Shown one piece after another: positions 25,470 through 38,393 of a stretch of 64,000 bases of DNA. The translations under genes and the position numbers were made by a program. How positions within the stretch are numbered: the stretch's first letter is position 1; each line of letters opens with the position of its first letter. The stretch spans positions 1,798,001 to 1,862,000 of the forward strand of contig NC_090404.1 in the NCBI RefSeq assembly GCF_036365525.1. The letters run 5' to 3'. The notes under the pieces were generated by a model that saw only the letters and a program-made list of their open reading frames with translations, had not been told where the DNA came from and searched no databases. This DNA is from Heterodontus francisci. Taxonomy: Eukaryota.

Positions 25470-28400
25470 TGTCTGAAGTCAATGATTTGTAAACCTAGGT
25501 TTCATATACACTCTCTATTGTCAATGATTTGTAAACCTAGGTTTCATATCCACTGCATATTGTCAATGATTTGTAAACCTAGGTTTCATATCCACTCTCT
25601 ATTGTCAATGATTTGTAAACCTCGGTTTCATATACACTCTCTATTGTCAATGATTTGTAAACCTAGGTTTCGTATACACTCTCTATTGTCAATGATTTGT
25701 AAACCTAGGTTTCATATCCACTCTCTATTGTCAATGATTTGTAAACCTAGGTTTCATATCCACTGCATATTGTCAATGATTTGTAAACCTAGGTTTCATA
25801 TACACTCTCTATTGTCAATGATTTGTAAACCTAGGTTTCATATCCACTGTATATTGTCAATGATTTGTAAACCTAGGTTTCATATACACTCTCTATTGTC
25901 AATGATTTGTAAACCTAGGTTTCATATCCACTGTATATTGTCAATGATTTGTAAACCTAGGTTTCATATACACTCTCTATTGTCAATGATTTGTAAACCT
26001 AGGTTTCATATACACTCTCTATTGTCAATGATTTGTAAACCTAGGTTTCATATACACTCTCTATTGTCAATGATTTGTAAACCTAGGTTTCATATACACT
26101 CTCTATTGTCAATGATTTGTAAACCTAGGTTTCATATACACTCTCTATTGTCAATGATTTGTAAACCTAGGTTTCATATACACTCTCTATTGTCAATGAT
26201 TTGTAAACCTAGGTTTCATATCCACTGTATATTGTCAATGATTTGTAAACCTAGGTTTCATATACACTCTCTATTGTCAATGATTTGTAAACCTAGGTTT
26301 CATATACACTCTCTATTGTCAATGATTTGTAAACCTAGGTTTCATATACACTCTCTATTGTCAATGATTTGTAAACCTAGGTTTCATATCCACTGTATAT
26401 TGTCAATGATTTGTAAACCTAGGTTTCATATACACTCTCTATTGTCAATGATTTGTAAACCTAGGTTTCATATCCACTGTAAATTGTCAATGATTTGTAA
26501 ACCTAGGTTTCATATCCACTGTATATTGTCAATGATTTGTTAACCTAGGTTTCATATACACTCTCTATTGTCAATGATTTGTAAACCTAGGTTTCATATA
26601 CACTCTCTATTGTCAATGATTTGTAAACCTAGGTTTCATATCCACTCTCTATTGTCAATGATTTGTAAACCTAGGTTTCATATACACTCTCTATTGTCAA
26701 TGATTTGTAAACCTAGGTTTCATATCCACTCTCTATTGTCAATGATTTGTAAACCTAGGTTTCATATCCACTGTAAATTGTCAATGATTTGTAAACCTAG
26801 GTTTCATATCCACTGTATATTGTCAATGATTTGTAAACCTAGGTTTCATATCCACTGTATATTGTCAATGATTTGTAAACCTAGGTTTCATATCCACTGT
26901 ATATTGTCAATGATTTGTAAACCTAGTTTCATATCCACTGTATATTGTCAATGATTTGTAAACCTAGGTTTCATATCCACTGTATATTGTCAATGATTTG
27001 TAAACCTAGGTTTCATATACACTCTCTATTGTCAATGATTTGTAAACCTAGGTTTCATATCCACTGTATATTGTCAATGATTTGTAAACCTAGGTTTCAT
27101 ATACACTCTCTATTGTCAATGATTTGTAAACCTAGGTTTCATATCCACTGTATATTGTCAATGATTTGTAAACCTAGGTTTCATATCCACTGTATATTGT
27201 CAATGATTTGTAAACCTAGGTTTCATATACACTGTATATTGTCAATGATTTGTAAACCTAGGTTTCATATCCACTGTATATTGTCAATGATTTGTAAACC
27301 TAGGTTTCATATCCACTGTATATTGTCAATGATTTGTAAACCTAGGTTTCATATACACTCTCTATTGTCAATGATTTGTAAACCTAGGTTTCATATACAC
27401 TCTCTATTGTCAATGATTTGTAAACCCAGGTTTCATATACACTCTCTATTGTCAATGATTTGTAAACCTAGGTTTCATATACACTCTCTATTGTCAATGA
27501 TTTGTAAACCTAGGTTTCATATCCACTGTATATTGTCAATGATTTGTAAACCTAGGTTTCATATACACTCTCTATTGTCAATGATTTGTAAACCTAGGTT
27601 TCATATACACTCTCTATTGTCAATGATTTGTAAACCTAGGTTTCATATACACTCTCTATTGTCAATGATTTGTAAACCTAGGTTTCATATCCACTGTATA
27701 TTGTCAATGATTTGTAAACCTAGGTTTCATATACACTCTCTATTGTCAATGATTTGTAAACCTAGGTTTCATATCCACTGTAAATTGTCAATGATTTGTA
27801 AACCTAGGTTTCATATCCACTGTATATTGTCAATGATTTGTTAACCTAGGTTTCATATACACTCTCTATTGTCAATGATTTGTAAACCTAGGTTTCATAT
27901 ACACTCTCTATTGTCAATGATTTGTAAACCTAGGTTTCATATCCACTCTCTATTGTCAATGATTTGTAAACCTAGGTTTCATATACACTCTCTATTGTCA
28001 ATGATTTGGAAACCTAGGTTTCATATCCACTGTAAATTGTCAATGATTTGTAAACCTAGGTTTCATATCCACTGTATATTGTCAATGATTTGTTAACCTA
28101 GGTTTCATATACACTGTATATTGTCAATGATTTGTAAACCTAGGTTTCATATCCACTGTATATTGTCAATGATTTGTAAACCTAGGTTTCATATCCACTG
28201 TATATTGTCAATGATTTGTAAACCTAGTTTCATATCCACTGTATATTGTCAATGATTTGTAAACCTAGGTTTCATATCCACTGTATATTGTCAATGATTT
28301 GTAAACCTAGGTTTCATATACACTCTCTATTGTCAATGATTTGTAAACCTAGGTTTCATATCCACTGTATATTGTCAATGATTTGTAAACCTAGGTTTCA

Positions 28401-30670
28401 TATACACTCTCTATTGTCAATGATTTGTAAACCTAGGTTTCATATCCACTGTATATTGTCAATGATTTGTAAACCTAGGTTTCATATCCACTGTATATTG
28501 TCAATGATTTGTAAACCTAGGTTTCATATACACTGTATATTGTCAATGATTTGTAAACCTAGGTTTCATATCCACTGTATATTGTCAATGATTTGTAAAC
28601 CTAGGTTTCATATCCACTGTATATTGTCAATGATTTGTAAACCTAGGTTTCATATACACTCTCTATTGTCAATGATTTGTAAACCTAGGTTTCATATCCA
28701 CTGTATATTGTCAATGATTTGTAAACCTAGGTTTCATATACACTCTCTATTGTCAATGATTTGTAAACCTAGGTTTCATATACACTCTCTATTGTCAATG
28801 ATTTGTAAACCTAGGTTTCATATACACTCTCTATTGTCAATGATTTGTAAACCTAGGTTTCATATCCACTGTATATTGTCAATGATTTGTAAACCTAGGT
28901 TTCATATACACTCTCTATTGTCAATGATTTGTAAACCTAGGTTTCATATCCACTCTCTATTGTCAATGATTTGTAAACCTAGGTTTCATATACACTCTCT
29001 ATTGTCAATGATTTGTAAACCTAGGTTTCATATACACTCTCTATTGTCAATGATTTGTAAACCTAGGTTTCATATCCACTGTAAATTGTCAATGATTTGT
29101 AAACCTAGGTTTCATATCCACTGTATATTGTCAATGATTTGTAAACCTAGGTTTCATGTACACTGTATATTGTCAATGATTTGTAAACCTAGGTTTCATA
29201 TCCACTGTATATTGTCAATGATTTGTAAACCTAGGTTTCATATCCACTGTATATTGTCAATGATTTGTAAACCTAGGTTTCATATCCACTGTATATTGTC
29301 AATGATTTGTAAACCTAGTTTCATATCCACTGTATATTGTCAATGATTTGTAAACCTAGGTTTCATATCCACTGTATATTGTCAATGATTTGTAAACCTA
29401 GGTTTCATATCCACTGTATATTGTCAATGATTTGTAAAGCTAGGTTTCATATACACTCTCTATTGTCAATGATTTGTAAACCTAGGTTTCATATCCACTG
29501 TATATTGTCAATGATTTGTAAACCTAGGTTTCATATACACTCTCTATTGTCAATGATTTGTAAACCTAGGTTTCATATCCACTGTATATTGTCAATGATT
29601 TGTAAACCTAGGTTTCATATCCACTGTATATTGTCAATGATTTGTAAACCTAGGTTTCATATACACTGTATATTGTCAATGATTTGTAAACCTAGGTTTC
29701 ATATCCACTGTATATTGTCAATGATTTGTAAACCTAGGTTTCATATCCACTGTATATTGTCAATGATTTGTAAACCTAGGTTTCATATACACTGTATATT
29801 GTCAATGATTTGTAAACCTAGGTTTCATATACACTCTCTATTGTCAATGATTTGTAAACCTAGGTTTCATATCCACTGTATATTGTCAATGATTTGTAAA
29901 CCTAGGTTTCATATCCACTGTATATTGTCAATGATTTGTAAACCTAGGTTTCATATCCACTTGATATTGTCAATGATTTGTAAACCTAGGTTTCATATAC
30001 ACTCTCTATTGTCAATGATTTGTAAACCTAGGTTTCATATCCACTGTATATTGTCAATGATTTGTAAACCTAGGTTTCATATCCACTGTATATTGTCAAT
30101 GATTTGTAAACCTAGGTTTCATATACACTCTCTATTGTCAATGATTTGTAAACCTAGGTTTCATATACACTCTCTATTGTCAATGATTGGTAAACCTAGG
30201 TTTCATATCCACTGTATATTGTCAATGATTTGTAAACCTAGGTTTCATATACACTGCATATTGTCAATGATTTGTAAACCTAGGTTTCATATACACTGTA
30301 TATTGTCAATGATTTGTAAACCTAGGTTTCATATCCACTGTATATTGTCAATGATTTGTAAACCTAGGTTTCATATACATCGGATATAGTCAAGAATGGT
30401 AAACCTGGATTTAATATACACCATAAGTAGTCACTAATTTGTAAATCTAGGTTTAATATACACTGTGTGTGGTCAATGATTTGTAAACCTTGGTTTAGTA
30501 TACACTGTCTATATTCAGTTATCTGTAAACCAAGGTTTAGTATACACAATGTCTAGTCAATGATTTGTAAACCTCGGTTTAATGTACACCATATATGGTA
30601 AATAATTTTAAAAACCTAGGTTTGATATACACTATGTAGGTTTCATATACACTGTGTATAATCAATAATT
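25470..30670. repeat. 42-bp minisatellite (gtcaatgatttgtaaacctaggtttcatat(a/c)cact(ctc/gta)tatt)n, about 120 units, in the Sec2-CH5 intron
   Basis: Direct periodicity; palindrome AAACCTAGGTTT in each unit; variants recur at 1301 bp. Confidence 0.97.
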
Positions 30671-31312
30671 TAGAATCACAGAATAATACAGTACAGAAGA
30701 GGCTCTTCGGCTCATCGAGTCTGCACCGATGCATTAATCCCATTTGCCAGCACTTGGCCCATAGCCTTGAATGTTATGACGTGCCAAGTGCTCATCCAGG
30801 TACTTTTTAAAGGATGTGAGGCAACCTGCCTCTACCACCCTCCCAGGCAGGGCATTCCAGACCGTCACCACCCTCTGGGTAAAAATGTTTTTCCTCAAAT
30901 CCCCCTTAAACCTCCTGCCCCTCACCTTAACCTTGTGTCCCCTCGTAACTGACCCTTTAACTAAGGGGAACAGCTGCTCCCTATCCACCCTGTCCATGCC
31001 CCTCATAATCTTGTACACCTCGATCAGGTCACCCCTCAGTCTTCTCTGCTCCAGCGAAAACAACCCAAGCCTATCCAACCTCTCTTCGTAGCTTAAATGT
31101 TCCATCCCAGGCACCATCCTGGTGAATCGCATCTGCACCCCCTCCAATGCAATCACATCCTTCCTATAATGTGGCGACAAGAATTGCACACAGTACTCCA
31201 GCTGTGGCCTTACCAAAGTTCTGTACAACTCCAACATGACCTCCCCGCTTTTGTAATCTATGCCTCGATTGATAAAGGCAAAGGCAAGTGTCCCATATCC
31301 ATTTTTCACCAT
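30671..31312 (-). mobile_element. CR1 3' fragment
   Basis: LVRPQLEYCVQF...RRLRGDLIEVYK...WNALP. Confidence 0.88.
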
Positions 31313-32440
31313 TTGTCAGCTTCGGAGGGAGTTGAAGGTTTAAGGTAGTCGATGGGGTGCCAATCAAGAGGGCTGCTTTGTCCTGGATGGTTTCGACCAT
31401 CTTGCGTGTTGTTGGAGCTGCACCCAACCAGGCAAGTGGAGAGTTTCCATCACTCTCCTGACTTGTGCCTTGTCGATGGTGGACAGACATTGGGGATACA
31501 GGAGGTGAGTTACCTGCTGCAGAATTCTCAGCCTCTGCCCTGCTCTTGTAGCCACAGCATTTATGTGGCTGGTCCAGTTCAGTGTTTGGTCAATGGGGCC
31601 CCCAGGATGTTGATAGTGGGGGAATTGAGCAATGGTAATGCCATTGAACGTCAAGGAGAGATGGCTAGATTCTCTCTTGTTTGAGATGGTCATTGCCTGG
31701 CACTTGTGTGGCGTGAATGTTACTTGCCACTTATTAGTCCAAGCCTGGGTGTTGTCCAGGTCTTGATGCATATGGACACGAGCTGCTTCAGTATCTGAGG
31801 AGTCACGAATGGTGCTGAACATTGTGCAATAATCAGTGAATATCCCCACTTCTGACCTTATGCTGGGGACAAGGTCATTGATGAAAAAGTTGAAGATGGT
31901 GGGGCCTAGGACACTACCCTGAGGAACTCCTGCAGTGATGTCCTGGGAATGAGATGACTGGCCTCCAACAATCACAACCATTTTCCTTTGTGCTAGGTAT
32001 GACTCCAACCAACAGAGACTTTCCCCCCTGATTACCATTGTCTCCACTCCTTGATGCTATACTCAGTTAAAAGCTGCCTTGATATCAGGGGCAATCGCTC
32101 TCATCCTCACCTCTAGAGTTCAGCTCTTTTGTCCACGCTTGGATCAAATCTATAATGAGGTCAGCAGCTGAGTGGCTCTGGCAGAACCCAAACAGAGCGT
32201 CAGTGAGGAGGTTATTCCTGAGCAAGTGCCGTCCGATAGCACCGTCAACGACCCGTTCCATCACTTTGCTGGTGATCGGGAGTAGACTGATAGGGTGCTA
32301 ATTGGCCAGGTTGGATTTGTCCTGCTTTTTGTGCACAGGACGTGGAAGGATTTGAACCCATTTCCCCAGGGCATTAGCCTGGGGCTCTGGTTTACTAATC
32401 TAGTGATATTCTACTACGCTGCCACCACCTCCCCCTGCTG
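31313..32440 (-). mobile_element. LINE family B RT fragment
   Basis: [10 protein letters not shown]; homologous to 7676-8260. Confidence 0.8.
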
Positions 32441-32954
32441 ACATCAGTACCTAGGTTTGGGGAGTGAAGGGAACTCTTTCTTTTTCTGCTGATCAGAGTT
32501 TTTATTTAAAACCTACCAGGTCGTTCATGGCACCAGTTAAATCTTTGTGTCCTGAATCACCAATTTGCCTCAGGACCACCATCATTGAGGGTTAATCCTC
32601 CCTGTTACTGGATCAAGGTGATATTTCTCATCACCCTGCCTCCTCCCTCACCACGTCCCAACCCCCCCACGGCCTCGCTGGGTAACAAAGAGGCTTCCAA
32701 TTTTTGTGAACTAGGGTCAGTCCTGAGAGGCAATGGTCAAGTGGTGTGGCCGAGACCCTATCCAAACTGACCCACCACAGGTCACAAAAAGAAAATGACC
32801 ATTTATACAAGGAGTGGGTTGGGTGAGGAACCCAAGCTCGGGCTGTAACTTCTCACACTGTTTACACTTTCACCCAGACAGACACCATGGGCTGGATTTA
32901 AACCTACCAAATGGTTTGTAATAAAATTCAACGGCCAATTCCATTCACAACCAA

Positions 32955-33127
32955 TCACTTTATTTTGCACGCTTGTTGGTGACAGTTATATTGGAGCTGA
33001 CCTCCATTTTCAAGGGTCACATTAAGGTCAGTCTGGTAAACAAGCTTTGGCATACACCCAGAACAAGAGGAAGGAGGACAAGTGCAGGGAGTGTTTCCAC
33101 CCGGAACAGGAAGATTTACATTTCCAC
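32955..33127 (-). CDS. IgW: Secretory exon Sec2, 57-aa Cys-rich tail (GGNVNLPVPGGNTPCTCPPSSCSGCMPKLVYQTDLNVTLENGGQLQYNCHQQACKIK*)
   Basis: attccag| acceptor in phase 1 with CH4; 5 nt differences from Sec1 over 173 nt; 6 Cys; AATAAA in the last codons and at 32501-32506. Confidence 0.87.
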
Positions 33128-34093
33128 CTGGAATTGGAAGAGTTGCAGATTTAAGTGTTATACAATTTCACCTCCCCTCCCCCATGCTAGGAAATTGGGA
33201 GCTCCACACGGCCCTGAACTCTGCTCCATCCTGTATTTTTAGGATCCTCATGTTTCTCGATCATGAGGACCATGACAAGCTGCTTCACCTTGACCAGAAC
33301 AGTAGGATCAGAGGACATGACCTGTGCTTGAAGGGAGTAGGATGGCAATTCAAAACTAATGCAGGAAACAAATATTTCAACCTCTGGAGTTTTCACTTTT
33401 ACTGATACTAGTTGTTTATTTCCAGTTCTTACTTAAAAATGGAATTCAAATTCTCAAACTGCCTTGGTGAGATCTGATCTTATTTCTCCTGATTATTAAC
33501 TAGAAGGACTCTCTCCACTATGTCAGAAGGCCATGTGTTCAAATCCCACACCAGAGACATGAGCATATAATCCAGGCCACCAATCTTGGTGTCAGGACTA
33601 AGGGAGCACTGCACTGTTGGACGTGCCATCTTTCAGATGTGACAATAAACCGAGGCAACGTCTACCCTCTCAGGTGGAACAAAAAGATCCTGCAGTCAGT
33701 ATTTCGAAGAAGAGAAGGGGAAATCTTCTCTGTGGCTGTCTGACGTTTATCCCTCAACCAGCAACATGAGAACAGATAATCTGGTCAGCACCACATTGCT
33801 GTTTGTGGGACCTTGCTGTCTGCAAATTAATTGATGTGTTTTTACATTACAACAGTGACTACACTTCAAAACAAAAATACTTTGTTGGCTGCAAAGCACT
33901 TTGGGATGTCCTGAGGTTGTGAAGGGAGCTACATGAATGCAATTGTTTCTTTCTTTACTTGCCTTGGCCTCTGGATTATTGTCCACATACATAACCACTA
34001 CATTACCATACCTATGTCATTAGTGTTGAACTTGTCTGACTCTTGTCATGTTTTTAAGTTATGTTAATATTGGATTCAGGCCCAGGATCCTAC

Positions 34094-34405
34094 CTTCAAT
34101 GTTCTTCACCTCCTTGCTGGTTTTGTAGTTGGAAGGTGGATGAGACACTGTACAGGTGAAGCTTGAACCTTTCGTCCACTCCTCTGTACTCACAGTCAGG
34201 TAGTGAGTGACACTGAATGTTCCCTCCTGTTCCAGAGCGGTGAGTCCAGCGCGGGTGTTGGATGTGATCGGAGCACCGTCTTTCTCCCAGGAGACGTGTA
34301 TGAGGTCCGGGTAGAATCCAGTGATCACACACTCAAGGGTGGCCGTGCTCTCATTCTTGGTCTCTGGTGGAGGCAGTAATCTGACCATGGGACTTTTTGG
34401 CTTGG
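34094..34405 (-). CDS. IgW: CH4 exon
   Basis: gttccag| acceptor, G|GTAGGA donor, 312 nt; ATLECVITGFYP...W...FTCTVSHP; 89-nt intron from CH3. Confidence 0.93.
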
Positions 34406-34494
34406 CTGGAACAGACAGGTAAAGAAAGAAGGTGTTAAACTCCTTCCCTCAAGATTAACAAAGCCAAGCATTTAATTTCTGATCTCTTGCCCAC

Positions 34495-34797
34495 CTTTTA
34501 CATTCTTTACCCGTTTTGACACAGGTGAGGACGAGGAAGCACTTTGGGCAGAGCACACAAATTCCACTCCGCTGCCCCACTCCTCCGCACTGGTTCGGAG
34601 TTGGCTGATGATGATGTATTGAGTCCCTTCCTCTGTTGGGCGCTGAGTCGTAACCCCTTCACTTCTCTTCTTCCTATTCACATTCCAGGAGATTTGGACC
34701 TTGCTCGGATCAGAACAGACCACTGTACACACCAGGGTAGCAGTCTTGTTGATCCAAACCTCTTCAATAGAAGGCTTTTGAATAAAGAGAGACATTT
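34495..34797 (-). CDS. IgW: CH3 exon
   Basis: ttcctag| acceptor, G|GTGGGC donor, 303 nt; EMSLFIQKPSIEEVW...LVCTVVC...W...FVCSAQ. Confidence 0.92.
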
Positions 34798-36989
34798 CTA
34801 GGAATAGGAAAGGGTACACATCAGAAGAATTGACATTGTCTGGTGTCACCAAGCTTCAGACTTTTACAGGAAACCTTCCTGATCATAAGCGATGGAAGGT
34901 GAGGACAGAAGTGACTTTAAACTGAACCTATAATATCCTGAACTGATAATGGATCAAGCCACTTGCCATCTAAATTTGTCACAAATTGAACATTAGAAAA
35001 TCACAGGGTTATTTAAACAATGTCTTTCAATTCTTGATTTTCAAGTTTTGACCGAGAAAACATAATCAGAGCATCAAGAATCCGACGGATCTTTTTTGAA
35101 CCCGTTTGTCCATTTTTAAAATTCATTCATGAGATGTGGGCGTCGCTGGCCAGGCCAGCATTTATTGCCCATCCCTAATTGCCCTAACTGAGTGGCTTGC
35201 TAGGCCATTTCAGAGGGCATGTAAGGGTCAACCACATTGCTGTGGGTCTGGAATTACATGTAGGCCAGACCAGGTAAATACAGCAGATTTCCTTCCCTAA
35301 AGGACATTAGTGAACCAGATGGGTTTTTACAACAATCGACAATGGTTTCATGGCCATCATTCGACTAGCTTTTTAATTCCAGATTTATTAATTGAATTCA
35401 AATTCCACCTTCTGCTGTGGTGGGATTTGAACCCATGTCCCCAGAGCAATACCCTGGGTCTCTGGGTTACTAAGCCAGTGACAATGCCACTACGCCACCA
35501 CCTCCTGTCCTAAATATGAGCAACAGGTTCACAGTGAGGACTAGAATGGAGTTGTTGGGCTGAGCAACATTTAGATGTGACAATGTCAATAAAATGCAAT
35601 CTTCAGTTTGTGAAATGGAGTGAGAGAGAGATCCAGACTGCTTAACAAAAGAAACAATTCAATAAATGCTTTTCCACTCACAGCCCATGTGTGGGGCTGT
35701 GGATCGATTGATAACTGAATCAATGAGGAGTCCTTTCCTTTTAGACAGGTCAGTTGTCATTCAGTTCGTAGCACTTTTACCCCACAGGTCGAATGTTCTG
35801 GGTTCAAGTCCTGCTTGAGCACAAAAATCAAAGCTGACACTCCTGTGTGGTAGTGAGGGAGTGCTGCACTGTCAGAGGTGCTGCCTTTTGGATAAGGCAT
35901 GAAACGAAGGCCACATCCTCCTCCTCATGTGGATATAAAAGGTCTCAGGCACTATTTTGAAGAGCAGGGGAGTTACTCCCGCTGTTCTGGCCAATATTTA
36001 TCCCTCATTCAACGTTTCAAAAACAGAATACGTGGTCATTATCACATTGCTTTTTGTTGGGGCTTGCTGTGCATAAACTGTCTCCCACATTTCCTACCTT
36101 ACAATAGTGACTACAATTCAAAAGTACTTCATTGGCTGTAAAGATCTTTGGGATGTCCTGTGTTTGTGAAAGGTGCTATATAAATGCAAGTGTTTTCTTC
36201 CTTTCTCTATTTGGATTGTCTCAATGTTAAAATTCTTATCCTAATGTTCACATCTCTCCATGGCCTCACCTCTCTCTATTTCTGTAATCTTCTCCAGCCC
36301 AACAACCCTCCAAAAACTCTGCCCAACTCTGGCCTCTTGGACATCCTCTGCTCCCTTTGCTCCAGTATTGGTGGCCATGCCTTCAGCCGTCCAGTTCCTA
36401 ATCTCTGGACCTCACTCTCTAAACCTCAGTGACCTGTCACCTCTCTCTCCTCCTTTCGGACAGTCCTTAAAATCCCTCGCTTTTGTTCGCATGTCCAAAT
36501 ATCTCCTTTTTTGACCCAGTGTCAATTTTTCCCTGGTTTAACTCCTGTGAACCACCATGGGACATTTTACGACATTAAAGGCGCTATATAAATGAAAGTT
36601 GTTGATGATGATTCCCTGTCAAGGAAGATGGTTAGTTTGCAGTGGCAGAACAACCCTTGAATCAGAAGAAGTAACAGAAGTCCACCTCTTTCTGCAGGTT
36701 AGGGATCGTTTCTACACAACATGTACTTCACCCCTCCCAGTTTCATTTTCATTGGACTGGGAAGATAATGATTTATTGAATTCTTCACATTTTCTTCTTT
36801 GCACTAGTCTCCTAAAGGACCATCGCCACTTGAAATATCCCACAGCTCACTGTGTGTTCTGTATAATATCAACACACATACACATATTCACTGTGAAAAT
36901 CATAACTAAGCCGTCTGTTTTGATCCACATTGATTGTTTTCTCTCAATATAATGTTGAGTTAATACTTGTGGGGAGACAGGATTTGTAT

Positions 36990-37645
36990 ATTTATTTGCC
37001 ATTTCAACACTCCCCCCTGCTCTCATGCTCACATCTCTGTCCTGGGATTGCTGCAGTGTTCCAGTGAACATCAACGCAAGCTCGAGGAACAGCATCTCAT
37101 TTACCGATTAGGTACACTACAGCCTGCTGGACTGAACATTGAGTTCAATAATTTCAGAGCATGACGGGCCCCCCATTTTATTTTTAGTTATTTTTTTTCT
37201 TTTTCCTTTTTTTACATACTTTTTTGTGTTTATTTAGTTCTATTTCATCTTAGTTTGTTCAGTTTGCTTACCTACTGTTTTTTTTACATGTTTGTACTTG
37301 AGGCTGTTCAATTTTCAGTCCGTTAACACCCTATCTGTACTAATGCTTTGTCTTTCAACACACCATTAACATATTGTTTGCCTTTGCTCCACGACCTTCT
37401 GGTCAGCTATTCTGTGACCTTGTCCTGTCTACACCTTCTACTTTGTTATCTCTTGCCCCACCCCCGCTTTACTTGCTTATAACCTTTTACATTTCTAATA
37501 TTTGCCAGTTCTGAAGAAGGGTCACTAACCTGAAACGTTAACTCTGCTTCTCTCTCCACAGATGCTGCCAGACCTGCTGGGTATTTCCAGCATTTCTTGT
37601 TTTTATTTCAGATTTCCAGCATCTGCAGTATTTTGCTTTTATTTT
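36990..37645 (+). mobile_element. Penelope-like element 3' fragment
   Basis: HFN...RKLEEQHLIYRLGTLQPAGLN (GIY-YIG C-terminus) followed by a terminal repeat with a hammerhead-like core. Confidence 0.8.
37507..37543 (+). ncRNA. Minimal type-I hammerhead ribozyme-like motif (Penelope)
   Basis: agtt-CUGAAGA-agg..cct-GAAA-CG-UU-aact: 4-bp helix I, imperfect helix II, palindromic ACGU helix III. Confidence 0.55.
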
Positions 37646-38220
37646 CTATATTTATGTCTGGATAAACCTTTAATGAGCACCAGATATCAAGTCCTCTGGT
37701 TGCAGTTTCAGCTGATGTTCAGCACTCATTGTCTGTCTGACAAAACCGTGTCTTTTATTAACTTCAGATGTTCTGTTTCTCTCTCCCAACTTTTCACAAG
37801 ATGTTGAGCAATTTCCTTTCAGACTGGGATTGATAATTACCTCAGTGACCAAGTTTTAACATTTAACAGTCTCTGGTGCCATGTGGTCTCCCATCATAAA
37901 ATCTCACAGGGTCAGAAGAATTCCCCTTATTATTGTAAATTATTGTATATTATTATAGGCTTCCAATTCTTGTCAACTAGAGTCAGTCCTGAGAGGCAAT
38001 GGTCAAGTGGTGTGGCCGAGACCCTATCCAAACTGACCCACCACAGGTCACAAAAAGAAAATGGCCATTTATACAAGGAGTGGGTTGGGTGAGGAACCCA
38101 AGCTCGGGCTGTAACTTCTCACACTGTTTACACTTTCACCCAGACAGACACCATGGGCTGGATTTAAACCTGCCAAATGGTTTGTAATAAAATTCAACGG
38201 CCAATTCCATTCACAACCAA

Positions 38221-38393
38221 TCACTTTATTTTGCACGCTTGTTGGTGACAGTTATATTGGAGCTGGCCTCCATTTTCAAGGGTCACATTAAGGTCAGTCT
38301 GGTAAACAAGCTTCGGCATACACCCAGAACAAGAGCAAGGAGGACAAGTGCAGGGAGTGTTTCCACCCGGAACAGGAAGATTTACGGTTCCAC
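38221..38393 (-). CDS. IgW: Secretory exon Sec1, 57-aa Cys-rich tail (GGTVNLPVPGGNTPCTCPPCSCSGCMPKLVYQTDLNVTLENGGQLQYNCHQQACKIK*)
   Basis: atttcag| acceptor in phase 1 with CH2; 7 Cys, NVT sequon, TGA at 38221-38223; AATAAA overlaps the last codons, another at 37754-37759. A Cys-rich tail is the known hallmark of IgW-short. Confidence 0.88.

Noticed and set aside
25482-30389. Long ORFs of MICKPRFHIH(SL/CI)LS repeats resembling Cys/His zinc-finger proteins
   Set aside because: Artefact of a 42-bp (3n) stop-free unit; frames are broken by 1-nt deletions; antisense within an intron.
12315-30670. CRISPR-like appearance of the 41-bp and palindromic 42-bp arrays
   Set aside because: No unique spacers, no cas genes, vertebrate context.
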